Source of the DNA: an uncultured Planctomycetaceae bacterium
GTDB lineage: Bacteria; Planctomycetota; Planctomycetia; Planctomycetales; Planctomycetaceae
Direction of reading: 5' to 3'
Assembly: GCA_963976765.1 (NCBI GenBank)
Contig: CAXBME010000004.1
Span: 124,001 to 188,000 of the forward strand
Length of the DNA stretch: 64,000 nt
In this document: piece by piece, positions 40,125 through 50,552 of the stretch
Layout: the number at the start of each line of letters is the position of its first letter
Numbering within the stretch: the stretch's first letter is position 1
The notes under the pieces: generated by a model
Seen by the model: the letters and a program-made list of their open reading frames with translations, nothing else
Told to the model about the DNA's origin: nothing
Databases searched by the model: none
Program-made: the position numbers and the translations under genes

Positions 40125-42476
40125 CTACTCGCTGACGATGGCGACCTTGTTCCAGTAGGCCCATTCGCTGCTCCAGTTGTTCGGGCAGTTTTCGATCGAC
40201 AATTGAATCTGACGACCGGCGAATTCTGTCAGGTCGACGCTGACGTCCAGCCATTCGTCATTGGCGACCGAGCTTGAACCGACAATCTGATCCGCCATGA
40301 CTTTGCCAGCGGCCACGACTTTGAGCTGCCAGTCGCCGTGCGGATGATGACTGACTCGCAGTTGCAGACTCGTCTTTTTGTTCTCGGGAATTTTCAGTGT
40401 CCGGACGAGACTGCTCGGCGTTTTCTGATCCAGAGGGTGAGTTTGAACCGCGATCGCGTTGCGGAAGACATCGTGATGAACGACTCCGCCTTCGCCCACA
40501 TTTCGAACGGTAAAACCGGGTGCTACTTTTTGTACCGTCCACTGCCACTCAGGCTTCTGCTTCATCTGGACCGGACGATTGGTTGCAACTGGTGCCTCCC
40601 CAGTGACCATGCGGCGAGCGACAAACTCCTGCAATGCGGGAATCTTTCCGTCGACCGCCAGCTTCAACGATCTGGCCGGATGATCCGGCACCATCGGTTC
40701 CAGGCCGAACCAGTACATTCTCGGAAGGTTGTTGTCACCGACATCTTCGCCGTGAGAAGCGAGCCCTTCCAGAATTGCCCAGCGATCAGCAAACGGCAGT
40801 CGTTGAACAGCGGACGCAAGGTACAGTCGCGTGACTGGCGAGGTTTCTGTTTTCGCCATCGCGGCAAACCGTTCGAGCACCGACTTCTCGACCGGCGACC
40901 GCTTCACGCCGCTGGCATCCTGAAACGCGTTGGCGTCGCTGGCGTCGCAGAGAAACTGGATCGCCCAGCCTCGGACGTACTCGTCCTTGTGAGCAAGAAG
41001 TGATGTCAGGCGATCGTGATCCAGCGCCCCGGTCACCTGCAAAGCCCACAACGCTCGGAGACGTTTCGGAGACGTCGCTGCCGTCTTCAATAAGTCGTCC
41101 AATCGTGAATGAACCTCGGGCTTGTCGAGCTTGCCACTCGCCGCGCGAGATTGCAGCAGCGTGCGAGCGTGACGAACGTACCAGTCGTTGGAATGTGTCT
41201 GCAGCTCAACCAGCTGAGCATCGGACATAGCTCCAAGGTCTGGTCGAGCAATTGCGTTGACACCCTTCGGCATGATGCGGTAAACGCGACCGCTGTTGGG
41301 AAAGTTGACCGCGTTGCCGCAGACGTCGTTGTCGTGCCAGTCGAGAATGTAAACACCGCCGTCTGGTCCAATCTCAACGCTGAATCCGACCCAGGCCATA
41401 TCGTTTGCCGGCATGAAATCGTCGCCGTGCTTGCCGATAAAACTTGAACCCTTCCGTACCATGATGTCGGTCAGCACGGCGTGCTCATGAATATTGCACA
41501 TGAATAAACGGTTGCGGTACTGCTGCGGAAAAGTGTCGGCGAGATAAAACCTCGCCCCGCCATGAGCGGACAGGTGGGAGTGATCGCGGATCGTCTTAAT
41601 GTCGTCGTAAACGTACGGGTTAACGTGCGGCAGGCTTTGTTTGTGATAGACGCCGCCCTGCACAACATGGAACAGGTGAGGAATCACGCAGCACGTGGCG
41701 AAACCCTGGCCATGATCGTCAAAGTCGAACCCCCACGGATTTGACAACCCGCGAGCGAAAACCTCGTACGTCCCGCGAGTCGGGTGGTATCGCCAGATGC
41801 CGCCGTCGATGAACTGTCGCTTTGACGCATCGTCGCCGGGCTTCCCAACCCGAGACTGCGTGAACACACCGTGGCAACCGTAAAGCCAGCCATCGGGGCC
41901 CCAGATGAAACTATTGAGCGTCTCATGCCGATCGTTGATCCCCCAGCCGTCGAGCAGAATCTGAGGCGGACCATCCGGCTTATCGTCTCCATCAGCGTCG
42001 GGAATGAACGTCAGGTTCGGGGGCGACCCGACAAACACTCCGCCAAAGCCGCACGCGAGTCCCGACGTAAAAGTCAGCTTGTCGGTAAACGTTTTCTTTT
42101 TGTCGAAGACGCCGTCGCCGTTGGTATCTTCGAGAATCTGGATTCGACTGACGGGATCGTCGGTGTGCTGACGCCGCGTCTGATAGTTGAAGTTTTCTGC
42201 GATCCAGATGCGGCCTCGATCGTCGAAGCAGAAGGCGATCGGCTCGGCGATGTCGGGCTCGGCGGCGAAGACGGAGACCTCGAACCCGTCGGGAATCGCC
42301 ATCTTTGCCACCGCTTCGTGCGGCTTCAGGAATGGAGCGTCACTGACCCGGTGTTTGACCTTGGGCAGCAGATTTCGAGATTCCTGCGCAAGGCCAGCGG
42401 AGTCGCTGATCGCAAGTGACGTAACGAGCAGCAGAACAGCGTTAATGGTTACATGTCGAGACGTTGCGATGTTCAT
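40125..42476 (-). CDS. PVC-type putative membrane-bound dehydrogenase-domain protein (propeller plus HEAT-like repeats), no CxxCH
   Basis: PDGFEVSVFAAEPDI, WGPDGWLYG, NPWGFDFD, GPDGGVYILDW. Confidence 0.82.
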   Translation of the reverse strand: MNIATSRHVTINAVLLLVTSLAISDSAGLAQESRNLLPKVKHRVSDAPFLKPHEAVAKMAIPDGFEVSVFAAEPDIAEPIAFCFDDRGRIWIAENFNYQTRRQHTDDPVSRIQILEDTNGDGVFDKKKTFTDKLTFTSGLACGFGGVFVGSPPNLTFIPDADGDDKPDGPPQILLDGWGINDRHETLNSFIWGPDGWLYGCHGVFTQSRVGKPGDDASKRQFIDGGIWRYHPTRGTYEVFARGLSNPWGFDFDDHGQGFATCCVIPHLFHVVQGGVYHKQSLPHVNPYVYDDIKTIRDHSHLSAHGGARFYLADTFPQQYRNRLFMCNIHEHAVLTDIMVRKGSSFIGKHGDDFMPANDMAWVGFSVEIGPDGGVYILDWHDNDVCGNAVNFPNSGRVYRIMPKGVNAIARPDLGAMSDAQLVELQTHSNDWYVRHARTLLQSRAASGKLDKPEVHSRLDDLLKTAATSPKRLRALWALQVTGALDHDRLTSLLAHKDEYVRGWAIQFLCDASDANAFQDASGVKRSPVEKSVLERFAAMAKTETSPVTRLYLASAVQRLPFADRWAILEGLASHGEDVGDNNLPRMYWFGLEPMVPDHPARSLKLAVDGKIPALQEFVARRMVTGEAPVATNRPVQMKQKPEWQWTVQKVAPGFTVRNVGEGGVVHHDVFRNAIAVQTHPLDQKTPSSLVRTLKIPENKKTSLQLRVSHHPHGDWQLKVVAAGKVMADQIVGSSSVANDEWLDVSVDLTEFAGRQIQLSIENCPNNWSSEWAYWNKVAIVSE

Positions 42477-43720
42477 TGCGGCAACTCCACTTGCTCGGTC
42501 GTTCTCAGGTATTTGATCAGGTCAGCCACTTCTTCCGGCTTCATTTTGTCGAGCTGGCCTTCAGGCATCATCGACTTGTCTGAGACTTTGCGCACATCAA
42601 TGTCTTCTTTCAGGATGACAACTCGTGGCTGCTCGACAGTCTTCAGCACCACGCGGGTACCGTCCTCTTCGGCGATCACTCCGTTCAGCACTCGCCCCTG
42701 AACGGTAACGATCGAAACCATTTTGTACCCGGCCGGAACGTCGAGACTCGGAGCGACACTGTTCAGCAGGATGTAGTCGAGATTGGCTCGGTTCGACCCG
42801 GTCAGGTCCGGGCCGATCTTCGCCCCGTCTCCGTAGAGAAGATGGCACGATGCGCAGGTCTTCCTGAAAACGGCTCGACCGCGCGAAGCATCCGCGTCAG
42901 CGATGCGGGCGGGAGTGAGCAGTTGCTTGTACTTCGCGATGGTCTTTTCTCGATTCTCAGCCACCTCTTTGACCTCCCCAAAGATCCTGACGAACTGCTC
43001 TCCGAGCAGGCTGTGCAGTGACCTCGCCACGTGAGTCGGGATCTCGTCGCGGCTGACTGTTTTGTTCTGAACGGCGGCCAGCAATTCGTTTGCATAATTC
43101 TTCCGAGTCGCCAGCGTCTCGACGACGGCCCGTTGCAGTTCGGGACTCATCTCTGCATACCGGCCAAGCAGGACCGCCGGGGCTGTCGCGTTTTCAACCA
43201 TCGCATACCCTCGGATGGCGTCGAGCTGTAAAGCGGGCTCGTCGAGCAACGATTCCAACAGAAACGACGCTTCCTGGCTCTGCTGAGTCAGCAGCGCCCG
43301 GAGCGACTTTCGGCGAGCACTCAGCTCGGCAGACGTATCCTTCAGGACAGCCAGCGAGCGTTGCGTAGCAGCCAGGTCGCCAAAGATTTGGGAAAGCTGA
43401 TCCGTCAGGTCGCGAACCTCGGCGCTCTCGCTCCTCGCCAGCTTCTCCCCCAACTCGTTCCAGCCTCTCGGGGCAGGCACATGGCGACGCCCTTCAAGAC
43501 CACGAAGCATCCCCTGCAACAAGGCTCTGCGGACATTTACGTCGTCCGTTGAATTCAGCGTCTCAACCAGGAGCGTCAGCGATTCCGCTTCACTGTTTGC
43601 CCAGGCGACTCGGCCACCATTCGCAACAATCAGTGTGACCAGTAAGGCGAAAAGATATCGCCGAATGTTAATCGAGTTGCCTCGTAAATTTAGGATTCGC
43701 CAATGACTCATCGCATCCAT
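42473..43720 (-). CDS. PVC-type heme-binding c-type cytochrome protein; start uncertain
   Basis: GRAVFRKTCASCH, IGPDLTGSNR, SMMPEG; stop overlaps the next start (ATGA). Confidence 0.82.
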   Translation of the reverse strand: MDAMSHWRILNLRGNSINIRRYLFALLVTLIVANGGRVAWANSEAESLTLLVETLNSTDDVNVRRALLQGMLRGLEGRRHVPAPRGWNELGEKLARSESAEVRDLTDQLSQIFGDLAATQRSLAVLKDTSAELSARRKSLRALLTQQSQEASFLLESLLDEPALQLDAIRGYAMVENATAPAVLLGRYAEMSPELQRAVVETLATRKNYANELLAAVQNKTVSRDEIPTHVARSLHSLLGEQFVRIFGEVKEVAENREKTIAKYKQLLTPARIADADASRGRAVFRKTCASCHLLYGDGAKIGPDLTGSNRANLDYILLNSVAPSLDVPAGYKMVSIVTVQGRVLNGVIAEEDGTRVVLKTVEQPRVVILKEDIDVRKVSDKSMMPEGQLDKMKPEEVADLIKYLRTTEQVELPQ

Positions 43721-43825
43721 AGGTCCGCTTTCCACTGCCTTTGGCTCAGTTTTGACAAAACGTTTTTGACTGGAGCGTCGCAGTGTAGTGAACCAGGTGG
43801 GAGCGATGGCAACGCAAGACCCCAC

Positions 43826-44572
43826 TTACAAAGTCTCAAACCAGAACTTCTGCCTGGGATCCGAACGGGATTTGTGACCGGCGGAAGAGTTCTGGAGGAG
43901 CTGACGGATCTCGTCACGCGTGGGCAGCGGCGGTTCTTCGACAAGACCTGCGGCGCCGAACGAACACCAGGTCAGGACGATCAGAGTAAGCCAGGTGACG
44001 GCATTGGTGGCGAAACTTTTGCCGAAAAACTTCACAGCGCTGCCGGCAAACTGGTTCAGCTCCAGTTTCAAACCGTTCCACTGGATGGCGTAGAGTTCGT
44101 CCAGAATGAGGTGCGACAGGAACCCGAGAGCAATGCCCACGGCCATCAGAAGTCGAACGGTGTTCGAGTCGCTGCGGTAGGCCAGAAAGACGACTTCCGC
44201 AGCGATCAGCATGGCCGGCACGCTATGAAACATTCCTCGATGAACTGAAAGTTTCGAAAGCAGCCACGCTCCACCAAAACGAATCGCCAGATAGCTGACC
44301 ACCGCCAGCAGAAGGACAGTTTCCGTGTTGCCGCCAAGCTGCTTCAGCTCATCGGCAAAGGCCATCGGCATCAGCGCCGCAGTGACTCCGAAGAGTTCTC
44401 GAATGGGGCGTCCGGAACTTGAATCCAGGTCCGGCAGCATACCTCCGAGCGTTGTCAGATAACCGACCAGTATGCCCTGCACTGGAGTGAAGCCGAGTCC
44501 AACCGTCGCCGTCAGTCCTGTCGCCACACCGATTCCGCCGCTCACGCTGAGGTGCGTCTTGAACCCAGCCAT
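43826..44572 (-). CDS. Membrane-bound metal-dependent hydrolase (YdjM-like)
   Basis: FKTH, LPDLD, HRGMFHS, SHLILD; several TM segments. Confidence 0.85.
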   Translation of the reverse strand: MAGFKTHLSVSGGIGVATGLTATVGLGFTPVQGILVGYLTTLGGMLPDLDSSSGRPIRELFGVTAALMPMAFADELKQLGGNTETVLLLAVVSYLAIRFGGAWLLSKLSVHRGMFHSVPAMLIAAEVVFLAYRSDSNTVRLLMAVGIALGFLSHLILDELYAIQWNGLKLELNQFAGSAVKFFGKSFATNAVTWLTLIVLTWCSFGAAGLVEEPPLPTRDEIRQLLQNSSAGHKSRSDPRQKFWFETL

Positions 44573-45104
44573 TCGTCAATTCCCTGACATCGTTTCGGTG
44601 ATTCATTGCTGAGAACCTGCCCTCGCCCCGCCAAGTCACTCACCATCAGACATGCAGCGGGAAATCGTCGAGTTCACGAATACGAATCCCGCACGTGAAG
44701 TGCTGGCCGATTAAAGCAATTGGAAATCGACTGGCCAAAACCAATGACCGTTTGAAATGACCATGCGGTCTGCATTCCCAGCCATGCCCGTTTGAATTCT
44801 GGAGTTTCCGGAGCGAATCCGAACGTGGTCGGTTATTGACGAGTGATGAATTCTTCGGCGGACTTTTCTCAAGGCGGCAACAGGTCCAGCTCCGGGAGAT
44901 GGAATGACTGACGGTGCTGCTGTCGAGTTTTCAGAGAACGTGAAAGACAAATTCGTCATTGTCGCGATAAGCTTTGTAAGTCCGCACGTGCCGCTGGTCG
45001 CTCTGGGAATTTTTTTCGATCGTGACGATCGGAGCGTTTCAGTCGAACGACTACAGGTACGGAAATCCTTGCTCGAAACATTGATACAGAGGCAGGAGTT
45101 TTGC

Positions 45105-46508
45105 ATGAATGATCTTCAGTTGAACCGGCGGCAAGCGCTCCTCGCGAGCGGTCTGGGCACGATGACGCTCGGCATGCCGGGGGCGGTGATGGGAGCTGAT
45201 AAAGTCGATGCTTCAGGAAATGCCGTTGCTTCGGACAAGTCCTGTATCTTCGTCCTGCTTTGTGGTGGACCAAGTCACGTTGACACGTGGGATATGAAGC
45301 CGGAGGCACCGCTGGATTATCGCGGACCGTACGAGCCCATCGCGACCAGGGTTCCGGGGATGAACATCAACGAGATGCACACCGAACTGGCAAAGTTGAC
45401 CGACAACTTCACGCTGATCAATTCGATGTCGCACCCCGGAGCAATCAGCAACCACTTTGACGCGATGCATAATCTGCTCAGTGGCCAATCAGAAAAACGA
45501 GTCGCTCAGGGCATGCCGGACGAACACCCCTACCTGGGCTCGTTCGTTGCCAAACACAAACCCAGCACTCGCAACTTTGTGTCCAACGCGTGGCTCATTA
45601 AGCGTGTCGGGCCGCCCGTGTTCTGCGCACCTAACATTGGCATCGGTGGTTACCTTGGTTCGGCTTACGCACCGGTGTTTGTCGGATCGGCGGCTAACCA
45701 CCCGGCGATGCCTGACTTCAAGCCGCCGCAGATTTACGACGCCTACGACGAGAAGCGTTTCGACTATCGCAAGACATTGCTCGGCAGTCTTGAATCCAGA
45801 CGGCTCGACAGAGACCAGCAGGTCAAGGACTGGTCCGACCTTCGAGAAAAGACCTATGAAGCCCTGACGCGAGCCGAAGGTCGGCAGGCGTTCGAGATGC
45901 ACACTGAACCGGTCAAAACTCGCGAACGATACGGGATGCATCCGCTCGGCCAGAATCTGCTGCTCGCTCGTCGCATGGTGGAATCCGGCGTTCGCTTTGT
46001 GACTGTAAACGGCTGGACGGGGCAGGCCGAGTACGACAAGCAGGGACCGCCGAGCAGCAGCTGGGACATGCACGGCGGAAACATGGGGATGGGCAACGCG
46101 TTTGGAAACGGCTCCTACGGAATGGGATTCTGCCTGCCGCGTCTGGATCAGGCGCTGGCCGCACTGCTTTCAGACCTCAAGGATCGAGGCATGCTCGACA
46201 ACACGCTGGTCGTCGTGACGGGCGAGTTTGGTCGCACTCCCTATGTTCTCAAACAGGATCCCCCAGGACGCCAGCACTGGCCGAAATGTTTCTCATCGAT
46301 CATTGCCGGAGCGGGTATCAAAGGCGGAAGCGTTTACGGCAAAACCAACAAGCTGGGTGAGTATGTCACGGACAAACCCGTCCGCCCCGAAGAACTGGCC
46401 GCAACCATCTACCACGCCCTCGACATCCCGATCAACGATCCGACCGATGCCAGCGGCATCTCCCGCTCGTTGACGACGGGCAAACCGATCATGGAACTGT
46501 TCGGGTAG
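45105..46508 (+). CDS. DUF1501 family protein with Tat-like leader
   Basis: NRRQAL leader; GGPSHVDTWDMKP, LLARRMVESGVRFV, GEFGRTP, GRQHWP; ATG after AGGAG. Confidence 0.9.
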   Translation: MNDLQLNRRQALLASGLGTMTLGMPGAVMGADKVDASGNAVASDKSCIFVLLCGGPSHVDTWDMKPEAPLDYRGPYEPIATRVPGMNINEMHTELAKLTDNFTLINSMSHPGAISNHFDAMHNLLSGQSEKRVAQGMPDEHPYLGSFVAKHKPSTRNFVSNAWLIKRVGPPVFCAPNIGIGGYLGSAYAPVFVGSAANHPAMPDFKPPQIYDAYDEKRFDYRKTLLGSLESRRLDRDQQVKDWSDLREKTYEALTRAEGRQAFEMHTEPVKTRERYGMHPLGQNLLLARRMVESGVRFVTVNGWTGQAEYDKQGPPSSSWDMHGGNMGMGNAFGNGSYGMGFCLPRLDQALAALLSDLKDRGMLDNTLVVVTGEFGRTPYVLKQDPPGRQHWPKCFSSIIAGAGIKGGSVYGKTNKLGEYVTDKPVRPEELAATIYHALDIPINDPTDASGISRSLTTGKPIMELFG

Positions 46509-46624
46509 CCGAAAGGCGATTCCACAACCGCGATCCGACGTCAATCGCAGGATACTCCCACCATGCAAAAGGTGATCGAGATGTGCTGGCAAGAAGATCT
46601 GCGAGCAATCCTGGCGGCAACGAA

Positions 46625-47608
46625 TCAAGCGGCGCTTTGATCCAGTTGCTCCATCCATTGCTGGACCTGTAACGCGTCGGCGAAGGTGGCTCCGACAGGA
46701 ATGGGTTGCAGGCCGCGAACGACTCGACAGAAGCAGCGTTGTTCTTCGGCCATCATGCCACTGGCTCCGTTAGCGTCCGCTCGGATTTCCAACGCCATTG
46801 GCCATTCAGCCCGATCGCTCCAAAGTTCGATCGGGCGAGGATTCGGGGTAATTCTGGATGCCCAGCCGTCACCGAAGACTTCCATCCGGTCGAAGCCGCG
46901 CGGTGGCATGCCGTCCGGAGTGAGATAGGACGCCGCGAAGTTCGCGACCGGTCCGGAGTCCCAAGTCAGTCGTGCAGAAGCCAGATCAATCGCTCCCGAC
47001 GACGTTCGGTGATACTGGCAACTGAAGTGCGACGGCTCAGCTCGGTTGACCAGAACCTGTGTGGCGTACAGATCATGGACCATCGCCGCGTGCATCGGAT
47101 TCTCGCCCGCGAAGTCTTTCACAATGCTGGCTGGCCGGTGCCGGACGCAGTCGATGTAGGAAATTGCTCCACGTCTGGCCGCTTCGTCGCGAAGCTGCAG
47201 AAACTCGCTGTTAAACAGCACGATGTGCCCGATCATCAGGTTGGCCGACTCTGGCTCGATCAGTGGCTGCAGGCTGAGTGCTTCGTCGAGGTCTTCTGAA
47301 ATCGGCTTTTCCAGCAGAACGGTCTTGCCGGCTTCGAGCAGCTTCCGAGTCACGTCGACATGCGCCGCCGTCGTGCAGGCGACGATCCAGGCTTCGGCGT
47401 CGCACTCGGCGATCGCTCGATCAAGGTCCGTCCAGCCGGACACTCCCGGAAGCAGCGCATCGAACTCGCAAAGACTTTCTTCCCGGCGAGCGACGACGCC
47501 TGCCAGTTCGGCCTCTGCCAGTCCGGCAAGCGTCAATGAATGAAGTTTCCCAAATCGACCGAGACCGACCACGCCCACTCGAACCGGTTTGAAATTCGTT
47601 TCCGTCAT
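46625..47608 (-). CDS. Gfo/Idh/MocA family oxidoreductase
   Basis: VGVVGLGRFG, LLEKP, MVHD. Confidence 0.88.
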   Translation of the reverse strand: MTETNFKPVRVGVVGLGRFGKLHSLTLAGLAEAELAGVVARREESLCEFDALLPGVSGWTDLDRAIAECDAEAWIVACTTAAHVDVTRKLLEAGKTVLLEKPISEDLDEALSLQPLIEPESANLMIGHIVLFNSEFLQLRDEAARRGAISYIDCVRHRPASIVKDFAGENPMHAAMVHDLYATQVLVNRAEPSHFSCQYHRTSSGAIDLASARLTWDSGPVANFAASYLTPDGMPPRGFDRMEVFGDGWASRITPNPRPIELWSDRAEWPMALEIRADANGASGMMAEEQRCFCRVVRGLQPIPVGATFADALQVQQWMEQLDQSAA

Positions 47609-47758
47609 GATTCAGGTCCCTGCGTCACTTACTTGTGACTTTCGATGTTCGGAATTCTCGCTTTCGGAAGCACAAGTCGCGAGTTCGTATCGTGAGATTC
47701 TGCATTCTGACGCAGGGACGCGAAGCCGTGAGACTTCGAAGTCGTGTCACTTCAAGAA

Positions 47759-48805
47759 TCACCTGTGGGCGTCAACGTTCTTTCTCGCTTTGGCGATGAC
47801 CTCGTCAATTCGGACGGGTACGCCGCCTCGGCGGTGACTTTCGTGGGCAGCTTCCATGAAGCCGAAGAGTTCGATGGTCTCTTCAGGCTCGACAGGCAGC
47901 TTGCCGGTCTTGAAGAACCTGGCGATCTCCGTCGCAACGTTCTCGTAACCTTTGTACCGAGACTTCGGGACGACTCCATTGACCGGTGCCGGGTAACCGT
48001 AGATGCCGGCTGGAGCAACGCCCTTGTCGCCAAAGACGGTCGCACTGTATTCCGGCTTGCCGCGTCGGATGCCTCGATAAGAGCCGATGCGACCGTCCTT
48101 CCAGATTCCAGTGATCAGTTCTGCATCGTCGGTGCGTGCACGCGTGACGGAAACGGCTCCGGGCCCCATGATCGTGTAAAGCGTGTCGAAACTGTGAATA
48201 GCGTGCCAGAAGAGGTCGGGGTGATGGTCGACTGTCGGGCAGCTTCCGTAGACGTTGCAACCAATGACTTCGCCGACTTCCGAATGATTTTTCATGTCGA
48301 GGAAACCGGGGCTGTAGCGATGCTGCGAGCATGAAAACACTGGCGTGTCGTACTTCTCCGCCAGTTCGAATATCGCAATCACATCTTCCAGAGAAGCCGC
48401 CATCGGTCGTCCGATGTAGGTTGGTTTGCGAGCCTTCAAGGTATGCTCGGCAAGCTTCAGATGCGCACGACCGTCGATTGTCATGATGATCGCCGCGTCG
48501 CACTTTTCCAGAACGGCGTCAATTGAGTCTTCGATTGCCACGCCCTTCTCGATCAGCCGAGGTTCCCAGCGTCTGATGTCCACCAGCGTTTCTTCGATAT
48601 CCGGGCTGCCTCCTCGCCAGGCCGCGACGACTTTCAAACCGGCCAGGTCTGGATTGTCGGCAGGCGGTTTGTGCCAGACCTGGGTAAATGCCAGAGACTG
48701 ATAATTGTCAAAGCCAAGGATCCCGACTCGCACTGGCTCAGCCGCACTGGCCAACGACGCAGCAAATAGAAACAGCGGCAACGCGAGACAAACTGACAGC
48801 TTCAT
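47759..48805 (-). CDS. Secreted Gfo/Idh/MocA-like oxidoreductase
   Basis: Signal peptide; VRVGILG; IDGRAH; YIGRPMA where EKP/DKP is usual; LFWHAIH. Confidence 0.75.
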   Translation of the reverse strand: MKLSVCLALPLFLFAASLASAAEPVRVGILGFDNYQSLAFTQVWHKPPADNPDLAGLKVVAAWRGGSPDIEETLVDIRRWEPRLIEKGVAIEDSIDAVLEKCDAAIIMTIDGRAHLKLAEHTLKARKPTYIGRPMAASLEDVIAIFELAEKYDTPVFSCSQHRYSPGFLDMKNHSEVGEVIGCNVYGSCPTVDHHPDLFWHAIHSFDTLYTIMGPGAVSVTRARTDDAELITGIWKDGRIGSYRGIRRGKPEYSATVFGDKGVAPAGIYGYPAPVNGVVPKSRYKGYENVATEIARFFKTGKLPVEPEETIELFGFMEAAHESHRRGGVPVRIDEVIAKARKNVDAHR

Positions 48806-49000
48806 GTTTCAGGCCTCGGATCAAGTGTGTCGATTTTTGAGATCACAAATTCGACGACACTCTGGCTGGTCATGCCCTTGACTGTCTACCGAGTTTCCCG
48901 CTTGACCTCGACGACTCGCCCCACAAAAGGCACGATTTCAAACATCGTGTCCGGTCCTTGTTTCGTGTTCCGTTTCCAAAAGTCAGATTGGCAGGACACC

Positions 49001-49327
49001 ATGAGCAATCGGCCATTTTATCTCCTAGCGTCAGCGTTGTTCCTCGCATCCCTTGCGACGAGCATCCTGGCACAAAGCAAGGCTTCGCAGGCGGCCAGGT
49101 TTGCCGCAATTTCTGCAGCGGCGGATAAGGAAGACCATGAGGTATTTCGAAACCTGTCGAGGCTGTACGCTGCTGAATTCGGTCAAATAATGACGACATC
49201 CGTGGCTTTTCTGGCAACTGGAGTCGTCGCCTGGACCGTTTCCAATCGTCGTCGAGAGCCCGGGCTGCAAGGCGTCCCGTTGATTCTGATGATGGTCACT
49301 GTCGTCATAGACTTATCACTGGTGTAA
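49001..49327 (+). CDS. Small hypothetical membrane protein
   Basis: ATG after AGGA; three hydrophobic segments. Confidence 0.5.
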   Translation: MSNRPFYLLASALFLASLATSILAQSKASQAARFAAISAAADKEDHEVFRNLSRLYAAEFGQIMTTSVAFLATGVVAWTVSNRRREPGLQGVPLILMMVTVVIDLSLV

Positions 49328-49372
49328 ACAGTACGGCGTTCACCTTCGAACGATCTGCATTTTTTCGGCCCG

Positions 49373-50125
49373 ATGAATGAAAAGGCGTTTCAGGCTGACC
49401 TGCGGAACACAATTCGCGAGCCACAATCAAAAGCAAGTCCTTCCATGACATCATCGCGAACGAAGAAAGCCGTTGACGAGATCGCTGAACTCACCGGCGC
49501 CAGGATCAGCGAGGACCATCTGTTTCTTGAATCAATCGTGACGTCCAACGCGCGGCTGAAACTGGCAATCAGCAAGGCCGACGGTCGAGTTGAGGTGAAT
49601 CGAATTCCGGCGTCGTTTCTGTGGGCTCATCTAATGCTGCCCTGCGTGCTTATCCCCATTTCAATCATCGCGTACGCCGAAGCTCAAAAGGGAAATCCCG
49701 CCGACGCAATCCAGGCGATGATCGTCGCCGTGATGGTCATCGCCAGTGGCTACGGATTCATCGCCTGGGTCAACAGGAAGGCGATCCGCGAGAACCCGGT
49801 CCTGTCCTATGACCTGAAAAAGAAACTGCTGATCGCTGGCCCTCAAAAACGCCGCATTAATCGAGACACCATCCTGTGCGTCATTGCCCTGGCCAGTGTC
49901 CCTCGACGAGCGAACAAGCCGTCGACGCGCAGCGAGCTGAAACTCGTTTACCGAACTGACACGAGCACGGGATCCGATTCCGTCAACATCGCCCGAAACT
50001 CGAAGCCCTACCTTCCGGCTTACGACGATGAGATCACTCCCTTCGTTCGAGGTCTGAAGATTCCGTACATACATGTCACGCGGGATATCGTCGGCAGGGA
50101 TTTTGAAATTGAGAGGATTGCGTGA
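49373..50125 (+). CDS. Hypothetical membrane protein with two TM helices
   Basis: 250-aa ORF with two hydrophobic segments. Confidence 0.55.
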   Translation: MNEKAFQADLRNTIREPQSKASPSMTSSRTKKAVDEIAELTGARISEDHLFLESIVTSNARLKLAISKADGRVEVNRIPASFLWAHLMLPCVLIPISIIAYAEAQKGNPADAIQAMIVAVMVIASGYGFIAWVNRKAIRENPVLSYDLKKKLLIAGPQKRRINRDTILCVIALASVPRRANKPSTRSELKLVYRTDTSTGSDSVNIARNSKPYLPAYDDEITPFVRGLKIPYIHVTRDIVGRDFEIERIA

Positions 50126-50336
50126 AGAAGTCGCAGCACTCAACGGAGTTTGCCTGACACGGTTTGTGCCATCACTTTCTGCCAGACTCACTACTCGCTC
50201 ATCTCGCATTGAGACAGAATCCGCAAACACTCAATTTCCCGTCTTTGACTTAAACTTGTTACGTGGCGAAAACACGACGCCGATCTGACGTCGAGCATTT
50301 ATGGTCATGACATTTCCGAAAGCAAAGGAACGTTGA

Positions 50337-50552
50337 ATGAAGATCAGCATCACCTACTGTGTGCAGTGAAACTACACCCCTCAAGCCGCCGGTCTGGCGG
50401 ATGCCATTCAGAAAACGACGGGAATCGAGGCAGATTTGATCAAAGGCAAAGGCGGAGTCTTTGACGTCGTTGTCGATGGAAACCTGATTTACTCCAAACA
50501 CCAGACTGATCGGTTTCCCACTGACAATGAAATCCTGAGGCAGTTGCGTTGA
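50337..50552 (+). CDS. SelT/SelW/SelH (Rdx) family selenoprotein, CxxU
   Basis: Reading through TGA 50367-50369 gives MKISITYCVQUNYTPQAAGLADAIQKTTGIEADLIKGKGGVFDVVVDGNLIYSKHQTDRFPTDNEILRQLR; SD AAGGA. Confidence 0.9.
50386..50400 (+). promoter_or_regulatory. Bacterial SECIS-like hairpin
   Basis: CCGCC-GGTCT-GGCGG beginning 16 nt after the in-frame TGA. Confidence 0.75.

Noticed and set aside
44904..45104. N-terminal extensions given by the ORF track (DUF1501; likewise arfB, thrC, clpB, clpP1)
   Set aside because: Downstream ATGs give family-typical N-termini, several with a clear SD, and some extensions run through REP elements.
50259..50501. 80-aa minus-strand ORF
   Set aside because: Antisense shadow of the selenoprotein gene.
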